DNA of 64,000 nucleotides from an uncultured Chloroflexia bacterium (GTDB lineage: Bacteria > Chloroflexota > Limnocylindria > Limnocylindrales > CSP1-4): positions 128,001-192,000 of the forward strand of contig CAWEZH010000002.1 in NCBI GenBank assembly GCA_963813535.1, given 5' to 3'. The notes under the pieces were generated by a model. That model was not told where the DNA came from. It saw nothing but the letters and a program-made list of their open reading frames with translations, and did no database searches. Every line of letters starts with the position of its first letter. Position 1 is the stretch's first letter. This document shows, one piece after another, positions 39,096 to 51,370 of the stretch. The translations under genes were made by a program, and so were the position numbers.

Positions 39096-42000
39096 ATGCC
39101 CGCTGCACCGCTTCCCCGCTATGGACTGCGCGGGCGGGTGGTCACGATGAACGCAGTCCGCGACGTCGTCGCGGACGGCATCGTGTGGGTCGCCGACGGC
39201 TCGATCAGCGACGTGACACCGGCGAACCAGACGCCGGCCGCCCACGCCGGGTCTCCGGTCGTCGCCACGGCCGGCACGATCTACCCGGGCATGATCGAGC
39301 TCCACAACCACCTCGCCTACAACACGCTGCCGTTGTTCAGGATCCCGCGGCTCTACACGAAGCGAGAGGAGTGGCAGGGTACCCGCGGGTACCGACGGTA
39401 TGTCAGCGGCCCCGCCGGGGTCGTCGCGTCGCTGCCGGACTTGATCCGGGCGACGATCCGCTACGTCGAGTGCAAGAGCCTGATCGCGGGCACGACGACA
39501 TCCCAGGGGCTGACCCTGCGCGCGGCCCCGATCAAGCACCTCTACAAGGGCATCGTCCGCAATGCCGAGCAACCGGACGCGGCCGGCCTGGACGCGGCGC
39601 GACCCAAGATCGGCGACGTGACCCCGGAGGGCCGTGAGTCGTTCCGCAAGTCGCTGGCTGGCAAGGGTGCCCGGATCGTCCACCTGGCCGAGGGGCTTCC
39701 GACCTCGAAGGCCCACGACCACTTCACCGACCTCCAGGCGCCCAACGGCACGTGGGCGATCGGGCCGAAGTTCGTCGGCATCCATTCGACGGCTCTCACT
39801 CCGTCCGACCTCGCCATCGTCGACCAGCTGGGCGGATCGATCGTCTGGTCGCCGTTCAGCAATCTCGCCCTGTATGGCGGGACGACCGACGCCAAGACCG
39901 CCATGGATCTCGGGATCAAGGTCGCCCTCGGCTCTGATTGGTCGCCGACCGCGAGCAAGAACCTGCTTCATGAGCTCAAGGTCGCGCGCATCTGGAGTGA
40001 CGATCAGCAGCTCGGCTTCACGGATCGCCAGCTCATCGAGATGGTGACCGTGACGCCCGCGGAGATCCTCGGCTGGCACGGTCGTCTGGGCTCGCTCGAG
40101 CCTGGCAAGCTCGCCGACATCACGGTCGTTTCCGGCAAGACGGGCGAGCCGTATCGCCATCTCGTCGACGCGACCGAGTCGGACATCCGCGTCGTCGTCA
40201 TCGGTGGGATCGCCCGCTACGGGACGCCCGCGATGCTGGCGAGACTCAGCCCTGTCGATGAGCAGGCCGACGTCGCCGGCAAGCCTCGGGCGTTCCATCT
40301 CGACGTGCACGATCCCGATCCGGTCCTGGGTCCCATGGGACTCACCGACGCGACCGCGACCCTAGCCGATGCGCTCGCGCACATGCCCGAGCGCGCCGCG
40401 GCCATCGGGTCCGTCGAGCTCGGTGTCGTTGCCGCCCAGGCCGTGGCCGGCGCGGACGCGGACGAGCGCTGGTTCCTGGAACTCGACCAGCCACCCATCG
40501 CCGGCGTCTCGGCGACCCTCTTCGACGGCATCGCCCCGGCATTGCTGGACGTCGTGATCGGCGCCGAGAGCTTCGCGTCGATCGCCATTGCCCTCAAGCT
40601 CGATCCCCTAGCGACCGAAGGCGACGACGCGTTCTTCGACATGCTGGCCAACCTCGAGAACCTCCCGGCAGTCCTGCGGGACACGCTGCCGGGCCGCTAC
40701 GGCGAGGTGCCGCGGGCTCCCACAGAGGGGGTCGGGCTCGAGGACGATGACCTGGCGATCGCACCTCTACCGCTGTCGGAGTTGCTCGAGCGTGCGGGCG
40801 ATCTGACCCTCGCCGATCGACGGCTCATCGTCCAGCAAGCGATGGTCCTGCTCGACCAGGCCTACGTCCATCTGCCGATGAAACGGGCGAGGTACGCGGC
40901 TGATCCGCTGCAGCGCCTGCGACTGATGGCGCACCGGCTTGAAGCTCTGGCGCCGACCGACGAGCTCGGCCCCGAGAGCCTGTTCCATGAGGAGCTCATC
41001 GAGATCTTCACCGCCCTTCGTGACCTGCACACCCACTACGTCCCGCCCGAGCCGTACCGGTCGCACACGGTGTTCCTGCCGTTCCTCGTCGAAGAATGCA
41101 CGCGGGCGGGTCGGCTGCAGTACCTCGTGTCCAAGGTCGCCCACGGAGCCGAGCTCGACCCGTCATTCGCACCGGGGGTGGAGGTGACCCACTGGAACGG
41201 AACGCCGATCCGACGGGCCATCGAGCGCAATGCCGAGAATCAGAGCGGAGGCAACCGGGCGGCTCGGATGGCACGCGGGCTCGACGCGCTGACGATCCGC
41301 ACGCTCGGCCGCACAGCGCCACCGGATGAGGACTGGGTCGACGTGGCCTACCTGACCCCAGAGGGTGGCGAGGGACTGGTTCGCACCCGCTGGAGCACCT
41401 ATCAGCCGCTCGAGCCGTCGCCCTTCGGGGATCTCGAGCAGGCATTCGCCAGTGCGGTCCCGGTCAGGTCCGGCAATCGGGGCCGGCTCGGCGCGCTCGG
41501 TGTCGACGACCAGACCGCGACCGTCAACCTGGTCCGGCGCGACCTCTACGCTCGAGGCTGGCAGCGGACGGCAGCCTGCCGGGTCCGACGAACTGGTCAC
41601 CGAGCTGCCCGGGATCCTGCGCGCAAGGATCAGGGGGACGAGTGCGGGGGACGTCCTGCACATGCGGATCTTCACGTTCGTGGTCCCGGATCCCGGGGCG
41701 TTCGTCCAGGAGTTCGTGCGCCTCGTGCAACTCAGACCCAGCGTCGGCTTGATCGTCGACGTCAGAGGCAACGGCGGCGGCGACATCCGCGCTGCGGAGC
41801 GCCTGCTGCAGGTCATGACGCCCCATCCGATCGGACCCGAACCGACGCAGTTCATCGTCAGCCCATTGGTCCGTCGCCTGTGCATGGCCAACCAGGGTGG
41901 CCCGATCGACCTCACGTCCTGGGCGCCCTCGGTCGTCGATGCGGTGGAGACCGGTGCCACCTTCTCGACTGGGTTTCCGATCACGTCGGCAGTGGACGTG

Positions 42001-42648
42001 AATGACCTCGGCCAGGGCTACTACGGTCCGGTCGTCCTGATCACGGATGCCCGCTGCTACAGCGCCACGGACATCTTCGCCGCCGGATTCCAGGACCACG
42101 ACATCGGGCGGATCGTCGGGGTCGCCGAGCGTACAGGTGCCGGCGGAGCGAACGTGTGGACGCACCCTCTGCTCCGGGCGCTGCTACCCGACCAGGACAA
42201 TCCGCTCAAGGAGCTTCCGAGACAGGCATCCTTCCGCGTGGCGGTACGCCGCACGACGCGCGTGGGGTCGCATGCCAGCGAGCTCCTCGAGGACCTGGGT
42301 GTCTTCGCTGACACGGTGCATGCCATCACGGACGCCGATCTGCTCGAGGACAATCGGGACCTGATCGAAGCCGCCGTTGCCGCGATGCAGGGGCGCGCGA
42401 CGAGGCGACTGGTGGCCGACGTGTCGCCGGCGGGCGATGGCGTGACGATCGACGTGGCCACGACCAACCTGGACCGGGTCGATGCCTATCTCGACGGTCG
42501 CCCCGTTGCTTCCGAAGACGTGCAGGACGATGAGTGCACGTTCGTCCTTCCGCACGCGATGATCAGCAACGGCGGGGAGGTGCGGCTGGAAGGGTTCCAA
42601 GGTGGCACGCTGAGCGCCGCGCGGCGACTCATGATCCCGATCGGATGA
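39096..42648 (+). CDS. amidohydrolase fused to S41 peptidase (apparent frameshift near 41560)
   Basis: PGMIELHNH, HLAEG, GIHS, WSPFSN, ALGSDW, GKLAD; then LRDLHT, DVRGNGGG, YSATDIF, TGAGGAN. Confidence 0.8.
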
Positions 42649-42683
42649 GGACCGTCGACCACCGCGCCGACCTGATGGGGGCA

Positions 42684-43022
42684 TCAGCCCTCGGGTTCGG
42701 CCTCTTCGTCGCCCCACGATCTTCCCTCGCCGATCCGCGTCCGGCGCGATCGCTGGAATGCCGCGGACTGGCGCAGGTTCCATGCCTGCACGCCCATTCG
42801 GGCGACCTCGTCAAGACCGCCCAGGTCGTCCGGAACGGGGCCTTTGAACATCCGCACCGTCTCGGGCGTTTCGGCCGACCCGGCGGTCCCGCTTTCCGCG
42901 AGCTCGACGACCAGTGCCCGATCGCCGTATGCCTGGACCGGGCGACCGCCAGCGGCGGCGAGCCACGCCCGAACATCGTCGGGAGAAGCGGCGGGGGCCA
43001 GGACCACGAAGTACTCGGCCAT
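42684..43022 (-). CDS. small protein homologous to the N-terminal prodomain of the adjacent metalloprotease
   Basis: VQAYGDRALVVE...GLDE..RMGVQAWNLRQS...R..EGRSW aligns by eye with 43068 VLHRYGSRVLIGE...GLSE..AVGLAAWDLRVS...R..DGQRW. Confidence 0.75.
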   Translation of the reverse strand: MAEYFVVLAPAASPDDVRAWLAAAGGRPVQAYGDRALVVELAESGTAGSAETPETVRMFKGPVPDDLGGLDEVARMGVQAWNLRQSAAFQRSRRTRIGEGRSWGDEEAEPEG

Positions 43023-43067
43023 CGATCACACGTTCTGCCGGACCACGGGACGCTCGGAGGATAGGAC

Positions 43068-44527
43068 ATGGCGAAGCGTGACGAGATCGCCAAGCAGGGA
43101 CTCATCATCCTCGACGCCAAGGGCGTCGCCGACATCCGCGGGACGGCGGGGCGGCTCGAGGACGTCGGTGTGAGCGTCCTCCACCGCTACGGTTCGCGGG
43201 TCCTCATCGGTGAGGTTCCACCAGCGGGTGGCCGGGGCGTGGCTGCCGAGCGGGGCGTGCGCTCGTTCCACGCGGGCGCCGTGCGTGCCAAGCCTCGTGG
43301 CCTGAGCGAGGCGGAGGCCGTCGGGCTGGCGGCGTGGGATCTGCGTGTTTCGCGGCGATACGCAACCGCCAAGGCGAAGCGGCCACTCGACGGTCAGCGC
43401 TGGGACGCCGCGGGCGTCACCCCACTCATCCCGCCAGACGGCCCGCTCATGACCCATGTCGACGATGAGGGGCCGGCCCGCGCGTTCCGCGCGGTGGGCG
43501 ACGAGACCAGCGCCTATCTCATCGGCGCCGTCGCCGTGGGAGCTCATCCTCGTCGAGGGTCCCACAGCGGACCTGCAGTTCAGCGAGGCCGAGCGCACGA
43601 AGGTCGTCGCCGAGGTCCAGGAGGGATTGACCTGGCTCGGCACCCGGGAACCCAAGGCCGGTGTCTCCTTTGCCTACGACATCCGGATCGTGCAGGTGGA
43701 TCGAGCCCCGAACCCGGCGCTGAGCGGCTACGAGCCGCTCGAATCGCACTGGCGCGACCCGGCAATGGCGAAGCTCGGGTTCGCCCCGAACTTCGGGGGC
43801 GTCAAGGAGTACGTCAAGGCCATCCGCGCCAACCTCGCCACGAAGTGGGCCTACGTCGCGTACTTCACGAAGTACCCGGTCCAGCACTTCGCCTATGCCT
43901 CCAAGCCGCGCCTGGTCATGCACTACGCCAACGACGGCTGGGGGCCCGACAACATCGACCGCGTCTTCACGCACGAGACCGGCCACATCTTCGGCTGCCC
44001 GGACGAGTACTCGGCAAGCAACTGCTCGTGCACCACGAAGGCGGGCTATCTGCGTGAGGTCAACGGCAACTGCCAGAACTGTGCGACGTCCTTCACGCCG
44101 TGCCTCATGGCGGGGAACACCTGGGAAATGTGCGCCTTCACGCCTGCCCACCTTGGCTGGCGCGACACCGATGGTGATGGCGCGCTGGACCCGGTCGATC
44201 CGGTCGGGAACCCGAACCCCCTGATCGATCTGGGCGGGTTCTGTTCGCGGTTCCCGTTCATCTGCCGGCTGGTCGGCCTCGGCGCCACAGCCGGCGCTGT
44301 GGCCGGCGACGATCCGGGCTGGCGGTCCGGCGTCACCGGTGCGATCCCCGCCGAGCCGCGGGGCGAGGCGGTCCCGGTCGAGTTGCTCCGCCAGGTCCTG
44401 ACCGCGGATGAGATGGCGCGCGTGGAGGCCGCGGTCCGTGCCGAGGAGGATCTGCTACCTCGAGGCCCTCGAGCGCAAGCTTCGGACCGCAGCGGACCAG
44501 ATCGCCCGCGAACGAGCCAGTCGCTGA
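43068..44527 (+). CDS. metzincin-like zinc metalloprotease with prodomain (apparent frameshifts near 43540 and 44455)
   Basis: HETGHIFGCPDEY zinc motif, Cys-rich segment, CLM Met-turn; no signal peptide; TGATG overlap with the next gene. Confidence 0.8.
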
Positions 44528-45024
44528 TGGATACCGCGGAGATCGAGCAAAAGGTCCTGGCGACGTCGGCGAGTGGTAATGACGCTCAGCTCGGCGGACC
44601 GGTCCGCGTCCTCGACACGGCCGAGGGCGCCGACGGTGGCTCGACGTACCAGGTGTCGGCGTCCCTGCTCGTACCGATCGACGAGGACGATCCGGACCTG
44701 ACCGGGGTGTCCATCGCGGTCCCTGTGACGGCCACCGTCGAGATCGACGACGACGGGGCGATCGTCGGGATCGATGTGCCGGTCGACGCGGCCGCCCAGC
44801 GCGAGGCGAGGTCGTTCACTCGCAACCTGATCGCCCGTGGGGCTGTCAGCGGGCTGGCGGCCAGCGGACCCGTGCGACGCGGTCCTGGGCTCGCCACCCG
44901 CCCGACGCACGAACTGACAGTCGACGAATTCGGTCGGCGGGTGATCCGCCGGACGGGATTTACCGCGACTAGCGCGCCGGCCATGCCGGAAGACACGCGC
45001 GCCCACGATGGAGACAGCCCGTAG
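44527..45024 (+). CDS. small protein homologous to the C-terminal domain of the downstream gluzincin
   Basis: EARSFTRNLIARGAV...PTHELTVDEFGRRVIRRTGF versus QARAFARSLVANGDV...PSHEIRLVGGEPTLVRVGF. Confidence 0.7.
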   Translation: MDTAEIEQKVLATSASGNDAQLGGPVRVLDTAEGADGGSTYQVSASLLVPIDEDDPDLTGVSIAVPVTATVEIDDDGAIVGIDVPVDAAAQREARSFTRNLIARGAVSGLAASGPVRRGPGLATRPTHELTVDEFGRRVIRRTGFTATSAPAMPEDTRAHDGDSP

Positions 45025-45040
45025 CGGCAAGGAGCGTCCC

Positions 45041-46531
45041 ATGGCGACCATCACGTACGTCCCGAACGACCCATTGGCGAGTGGCGGACCACCCACCAGA
45101 TCGACGAGGGCCAGCAACTACCCACGCGGTGACATCGCCAAGTTCGATATCCAGCCGACGGCGGTCGCCGGCAAGTTCGACCCGCACACGCCGGAGTTCC
45201 AGTACTGGCAGGCCAAGCTTGGGCTGATCGCCGGGCTGCGTGCCTGGCGCCAGATCGATGGCCGCTTCATGCGACGCTGGTTCGGGGACCAGAACCAGCT
45301 AGCCGTGCGCACTGACGCCGGCGACGACCTGAACGCGTTCTACGATCGCGACAGCCTGCAGTTCTTCTCGCACACGTTCGGCGGGGTGACAGTCAACTCC
45401 GCCGAGAGCGTGGACGTCGTGACGCATGAAGAAGGTCATGCCTTCCTCGACGCCATCCGGCCGGACTTCTTCGATGTCCCGTTCATCGAAGTCGGAGCGC
45501 TCCACGAGGCGTTCGGCGACTGCATGGCGATCGTCACCGCGCTCGAGGACCGCGCCATCCGGGACGCCGTCCTGGCGTCCACCCCGGACCTCGCGGCCAA
45601 CCACTTCGTGGAAAGCCTGGCCGAGGCGCTCGGCGACGCGATCGCGCGGGAGTTCGGAGCGGGCAGCGTCGACGTCGGAGCGCTCCGCCATGCCCTTAAC
45701 ACGTTCCAGTACGCTGATCCGACCTCACTGCCACCGGATGCCCCCGCGGACCAGCTCTCCGGTGAGGTCCACAGCTTCGCCCGGGTGTTCAGTGGCGCTT
45801 TCTACGACGTCATCCGGAACGTCTACATCGGCGGCACGCGGAAGGATTCGCTCGCGCTGCGGAAAGCCTCCCGGACGGCGGGCAAGCTGCTAGTGGCAGC
45901 CATCCGGATCGTGCCCGCCACGCCGAGCACGTTCCGCGGCGTCGGCCAGCGGATGCTCCAGGTCGACGTGTCGAAGAATCGCGGAGCCAATACGGCCGCG
46001 ATCACAGAAGCGTTCGCGGGTCATGGGATGTCACTGCCCGCCCCGGCCACGTCCCTGCCGGTCCCCCTGCCCAGGCAGACCCGCGCCGGGGCGGCTCCGG
46101 AGCTACGCCGGCGGCTCGCGGTCCCCCCAGGCACCAGGATCGAGATCACACCCGTCGATTCCGACCTGCATGGCGAGATCGCCCACGTCAGCGCGTACCG
46201 GCCGTTGCCCCTCGATGGCGCCGGGCTTCAGGGCGTCCGGATCATGGTGCCGGGCATCGCGCGTGTGGCCACCACCCGCCGCGGCCGGTCGATCACCGGC
46301 GTCCTGGGTGAGGTCACCTCGTCCGAGGGTGATGCGGCGGTGCAGGCCCGTGCCTTCGCGCGCTCGCTGGTCGCGAACGGCGACGTGCGCACCGCCCCAC
46401 GGGCGGCCCGACGGCTCGCCGCCGCTCCGCAGCCGCCGACGGCTCGGGTGCCGCACAAGCCCAGTCACGAGATCCGACTCGTCGGCGGCGAGCCGACGCT
46501 CGTCCGGGTCGGCTTCTCCCACCGGCACTGA
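45041..46531 (+). CDS. cytoplasmic gluzincin (M36/M4-like) zinc metalloprotease
   Basis: LNAFY, DVVTHEEGHA, ALHEAFGD, GEVH; no signal peptide. Confidence 0.88.
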   Translation: MATITYVPNDPLASGGPPTRSTRASNYPRGDIAKFDIQPTAVAGKFDPHTPEFQYWQAKLGLIAGLRAWRQIDGRFMRRWFGDQNQLAVRTDAGDDLNAFYDRDSLQFFSHTFGGVTVNSAESVDVVTHEEGHAFLDAIRPDFFDVPFIEVGALHEAFGDCMAIVTALEDRAIRDAVLASTPDLAANHFVESLAEALGDAIAREFGAGSVDVGALRHALNTFQYADPTSLPPDAPADQLSGEVHSFARVFSGAFYDVIRNVYIGGTRKDSLALRKASRTAGKLLVAAIRIVPATPSTFRGVGQRMLQVDVSKNRGANTAAITEAFAGHGMSLPAPATSLPVPLPRQTRAGAAPELRRRLAVPPGTRIEITPVDSDLHGEIAHVSAYRPLPLDGAGLQGVRIMVPGIARVATTRRGRSITGVLGEVTSSEGDAAVQARAFARSLVANGDVRTAPRAARRLAAAPQPPTARVPHKPSHEIRLVGGEPTLVRVGFSHRH

Positions 46532-46534
46532 CCG

Positions 46535-48902
46535 TCAACCGGCCTCCGGCTCCAGCCGCATGGCCGGGATGGCCGAAGAACTGGTAGGCCATGTAGGTCG
46601 ACGACGTCGTCTCGGGGGTGTCGCGGAATGCGGCGCGCTCCGTGCGCATGATCTCGGCGGGTGCCTCGCCACGCATCGCCCGCTCGTAGAAGCGGATGGC
46701 GATGTCTCGAGCGAGTCGGTCGTCGATCGACCACAGCGGTGCGATGACGCCTGCTGCGCCGGCGAACAGGAAGGCCGCCGCCAGACCGGCATGATCGCCG
46801 AGGAGTTGGCTGCCGCGGCCGACCTGGCATGCGTTCAGGAAGACGAACGGATGGCCGCGCAGCGGGATCCCCTTGACGGCCAGGGGATCGAGGGCAGAGC
46901 CGTCGACGAGGATCAGGCCATCCCTGGCCTCCTCGGCCTCGTAGGTGCCGTGCACGGCGAAGTGGATGACATCGGCGGCCGGACGCCCCCTCAGGAGGTC
47001 GAGGATGCCGCCGATCGTGGCATCCACCGGCATCCCCTCGTAGATGCGCACGATGTCAGCGGCCTCGGCCTCCGCCTCGGCAAGGCGCTGCCAGCCTGGC
47101 AGCTCGTAGACGCCCGATACGGCGGCGACACCCTGGACGGCCACGCTCATGGGCGGCGGGAGGGCGGGCCGCCGCTGGCCGAGGACCCAGCGCCCGACCG
47201 TCGCCTGGGCGGCAAGGAAGGGCGGGAGGTCGGGATCGAGCGGCGGATCCACGACGGCGAGCTCCCACGGGACGTACGGCTCGGCCGAGAGGAACAGGAT
47301 GGACGGCGGCCGGGCGCCATTCCGTGTCGCGATCTTTGACAAGGCGTTCCAGAACTCGATCGGCAGCTGCTCGGCGATGGTCAGCCCGATCCCGCGCAGG
47401 GCGACGAACTGCGTCGGACGACCCTCCACCTCCTGCATCTCGTCGACGATCCGACGGAGGTCCGCCGCAGGATCGCCGCCGATATCGATACGGATGGGGG
47501 CGTCCGGCATGTCGATCGTCGGATCGGCCGCGAGCAACTGGACGAGGAGGCCACCGCTCGCCTCGGATTCCGCACGCTCGATCCGTACGGTCAGGTCGGG
47601 CGCCACCTGGCCAGCCGGCAATGACAGGTCGACGCCGGGGGCAGGTGGCTGGGCCGGAGCCGACGCCAGGAGATCGGCCGACCGGACCAGGGCGACCGAA
47701 CGCACGGCGAGACCGATCGGATTGCCGTCGATCGAGTACATCGCGCGGATCGAGGTCGACATGACCGGTGCAACCTGGGCATCCGGCACGAGCTGGATCG
47801 TCACGGACGGGTAGGGGGCCTCCGCTGTGACCGGCAGGTCGATCCGCCAGGACGCGCCGGCGTCCGCGAGCCGGAGGCCGTCGGCAACGAGTTGGATGGT
47901 CATCGTGTACGCGCCGACGCTCGATGGCGGTCGGTGGAGCGCCTCCCCGACGACGCGTGCGTCCGGGCGGTCGGCGAGCCCCACGACGAGATCGAACGGC
48001 TGCTCGGCGACGACGGCATCCGGACAGGACAGCCGGGCGTAGGTCGTCCGCGGCGGATCAGCCTCGCTCCCGATCGTCGCGCCGCCGGCGCCGATCGTGG
48101 CACCGGGCCCGACGGCTTCGGGCTCAGGCACGGTCGTCGGCCCGGCGGGTCCACCGGGGCTTGGCGGGGGGCTTGGGGGGCGTGCGGCGGGCGGACCGGC
48201 TGCCGCTTACGGCCGCGCTCGGATGCCGCCTGGGTCAGGCCGCCGACGACCTGGTTGAGCACCCCGCTGATCGCCCCCGGGATCGCCGTCCAGAGGACTG
48301 CCGAGGTCGGCGTGATCCCCGTGATGCCGGCCTGCTGGGCGAACAGCAGGAGGCCGATCCCTATCACCACGCCACCCACGACGGCGAGCACACCGTTGCG
48401 GCGCCCCACAGTCAGGAGCGCACGGAGCGCCATGAGGACGCCGACCACGATGATCCCGATCGCCACGAATCCGGCCGGGGTCCCGAGCGGCGAGCGGCCG
48501 GTCACGTTGACCCAGCCGTGGACCTGGCAGACATCGGTCGCCGCGGTGACTTCGTACAGACCCGACCCGAACCGCGCGTAGTCGGAGACGGGAAGCGTCT
48601 CCGGACCATTCGGTGGTGGGGGCGATCGGCTCGTCGGCGATCGTCCAGGTGGTCGGCCAGACGCTGATCGCGATGGTCGCCCGGGTCACCGGTTCGAGGG
48701 ACTGGCCGAACACCCGTGCCACGGCATCGGCGTCGATCGGGATCGCCCGATCCGGACTGTCGGCATCGCCGAGGGAGTGCCGGTCGATGAAGACGACACA
48801 CTGTCCGATCGTCTGGGCACTGACCGGCGCGGAGAGGATCATGACGATGGCCACGCCGAGCAGGAGAGCGGCGGCGGACCGCACGCGGGGACGGGGCCGC
48901 AT
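46535..48902 (-). CDS. probable single membrane-anchored CHAT (caspase-like) protein: signal peptide, ectodomain, 3 TM, Pro linker, beta-sandwich, CHAT (several apparent frameshifts)
   Basis: CHAT motifs VPWEL, IHFAVHG, FLNACQVG, APLWSIDD, AYQFFGHP; upstream ORFs 48902-48207 and 48505-47900 give signal and TM segments running into a Pro-rich linker with no clear intergenic gap. Confidence 0.7.
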
Positions 48903-48918
48903 CAGCTAGGCATCGGCG

Positions 48919-51270
48919 TCATCGCCAGCTCGGGTCGATGCTGTCTCCCCCTAAGGACTTTGTTAGGTCTTCTTCCTTCCCGGTGGCCAGAACACGCACC
49001 AGGATGTGCCACTCGTCTCCGACGCGGCGGTAGAAGGCGATCCGGTCACCTTCGGGCGAATAGACGGGACCGCCCTCGTCGGCCGAATCGTCGGTGATTC
49101 GGCTCTCCTCCCTCGTTTCGACGTCGATCGACCAGATGTCCCGTCTCGCGCGAGGCTCGTTGCGCGTGAACACGAGTCGCCCGCCGTCGGGGTGCCATCT
49201 CGGGTTGCGGTCGACGGTACCGCCGGACGTCAAAGGCTCGGGATCGCGACCTGGTACCCAGATGTAGATCGATAAGACATCGTCATTGCTATCGCGGTTC
49301 GACGTGAACGCCATCCGCGCGCTATCCGGGTCCCAAGCCGGTGAGCTGTCATCGGCGCCTCGTTGCCCCACGACCGGTTTCGGTAGACCAGCCCTGAGCG
49401 AGGAAACGCGCCAGATGTCGTTCAGCTGCTTGTTCGTCTCGTCGCGGTCGCTGTTGAAGTAGATGAACTTGTTCCGTGCGAAGTCCGGGACGCGGTCGTC
49501 CGCAGGGCCACTCGTCATCGGGGTCTGATTCCCACCATCCTTGTCCATGGTGTAGATGTCACCGGTGCCGTTGTTGATCCGCGTGAATGCGATGTGCGTC
49601 CCATCGGGCGACCACCTCGGCCACCGGTCCGGAACGCTGTTATCGGTGAGCCGGTCCGGCTTGAGGGTGTCCGGATCGATGAGGTAGATCTCGGAGTCCT
49701 CGCCGTCGGTACCGTCCGGGTCGAACTCGAACAGGATCCCCGTTCCGCCCGTCGGTGGAGCGATGCTCGCTGACGCGGAAGCGTCGCTTGGGGGACCACC
49801 CGTCGGTTGGGTATCCGATGCCGAGAAGGAGGCGGATGCAGTGCCGGAGCCTGGGCTCGCGCTTGCCCCGCCCCCGCCTCCGAAGATGTTGACGGCCAGG
49901 AGGAGCACAAGCAGGACGGCTCCGCCGCCGGCCGCGAGGATCGCGATCGGCCGCCAGGGCGGCGGCGGCGGTGGCGGCACCGGCGTGGGACGCTCAGGTT
50001 CCGGTGCTTCAGGCTTCGGAGGTTTGAATAGCTCCTCGAGTTCATCCTGGCTGAGCTCGGGGACTGTCTCCGGTGGCTCCGGTTCGGGAGCTTCCGGCTC
50101 GGGCGGCGCCGGTGGTACGGCGGTACCAGTATCGGCGGCGGGGGCGCCTCGACCACTGGGGCCGCCGCGACGTTGAACAGCACGCCATCCGGTGTCTGGA
50201 GGTACAGGACCGGCGTGCCCCATTCCAGCGTGTCCTCGAAGGCGGTGGCGAGACCCTTCCGTGCCTCGGTGAGCGCCGTGTCGACCGGGATGCCCCGCGC
50301 GACCGCGCCATAGAACGATCGGCTCAGTTCGATCGCGGCCTCATCGGTGATCTCGTACTGCATCGCCACGACGGCCGGAGTGCCCTTGCGGACGAGCGTG
50401 CCCGCCGTGCTCGAGAACACGTCCGTGACGTCGCTTCGACCGGTGTCGCACGCGTTGAGGACAGCGAGGCGAAGCGGTTCGTGGTCCCCGAGGATGCGTC
50501 CGAAACTCGTGGCCCGCTTGTAGTCGGCCTTGCCGTCGGGGCGGGCGAAGGCAACGATGCCCTCCTTGCGGTTCTCGTCGAAACCGCCGTGGCCGATGAA
50601 GTGGAGGATGTGCCAGGGGCCCTCCCACAATGCCTCCTGGAAGTCCTGCCACGTCTGCCCTGGGATCCAGGTGAGCTCGATCAGGCCCTTGGCCTGTATC
50701 GACTCCATCGCGGCGGTGAGACGGGTTCGCTCTCGCTCCACATCCAGCCCGTCGAGGTCCGAAGGACTGACCGCGACCGCCAGGATGCGGATCGGCGGCG
50801 TCACGAGGAGCGGCTCCATGCTCGACGGCAATCGGGATGTAGCGGACCAGCGGCGAACCGGTCGAGAGCGTGACGAAATCGCCGCGAACCGGGTCGAAGA
50901 GGTACTCCCACGGGAGCGCCGCGAGTTCCGCGTCGTCGCACCGGAACTTGATCCGCATGCCGGACTGCTGGTGCTTTGCCTCCTGGCGGCTCGCCTCGTA
51001 GCGCGACAGGACGTCGCCAGAGAACAGTGCGGTCCACAGTTCCTGGCCGAACTCCTGGACCGTGCGGCTCTCCGGTGATGAGATCCGGCGGCGCGTCCCG
51101 CTCGAGCGGAGGAGCGCGATCTGGAGGGCCTGCAGCCGGTTGGTGAGCGTCGGCTGGTCGAACGGGAAGCGCATCGATGACGTCGCCTCGCCAGCCGGCG
51201 ACCGCACCTTGACGGTGTACGACCCCGCTTCGCCGCCAGTGACATCGATCTCGAAATCGAGGTACTGCAC
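48919..51270 (-). CDS. CHAT (caspase-like) domain, Pro linker, TM, TolB-like beta-propeller (apparent frameshifts near 50825 and 50140)
   Basis: YLDFEI..., LPWEYL, LHFIGHG, VLNACDTG, VVAMQY, WGTPVLY; then TM and WSPDG/YSPEG PD40 repeats. Confidence 0.82.
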
Positions 51271-51370
51271 TGGTCGCCTTCCCCGCGCGCCCGATGTCAA
51301 GGCTACCCCGGGTCGCAAGCAGATCCGTTACAGGGGCGGTGCTATCGTGGCCACTCAGCGAGGTGGAGGC

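Noticed and set aside
43456-45024. 522-aa ORF joining the metalloprotease and the downstream domain
   Set aside because: An alternative frame gives a helical C-terminus (YLEALERKL...) ending in a TGATG overlap at 44525-44529, which favours two genes
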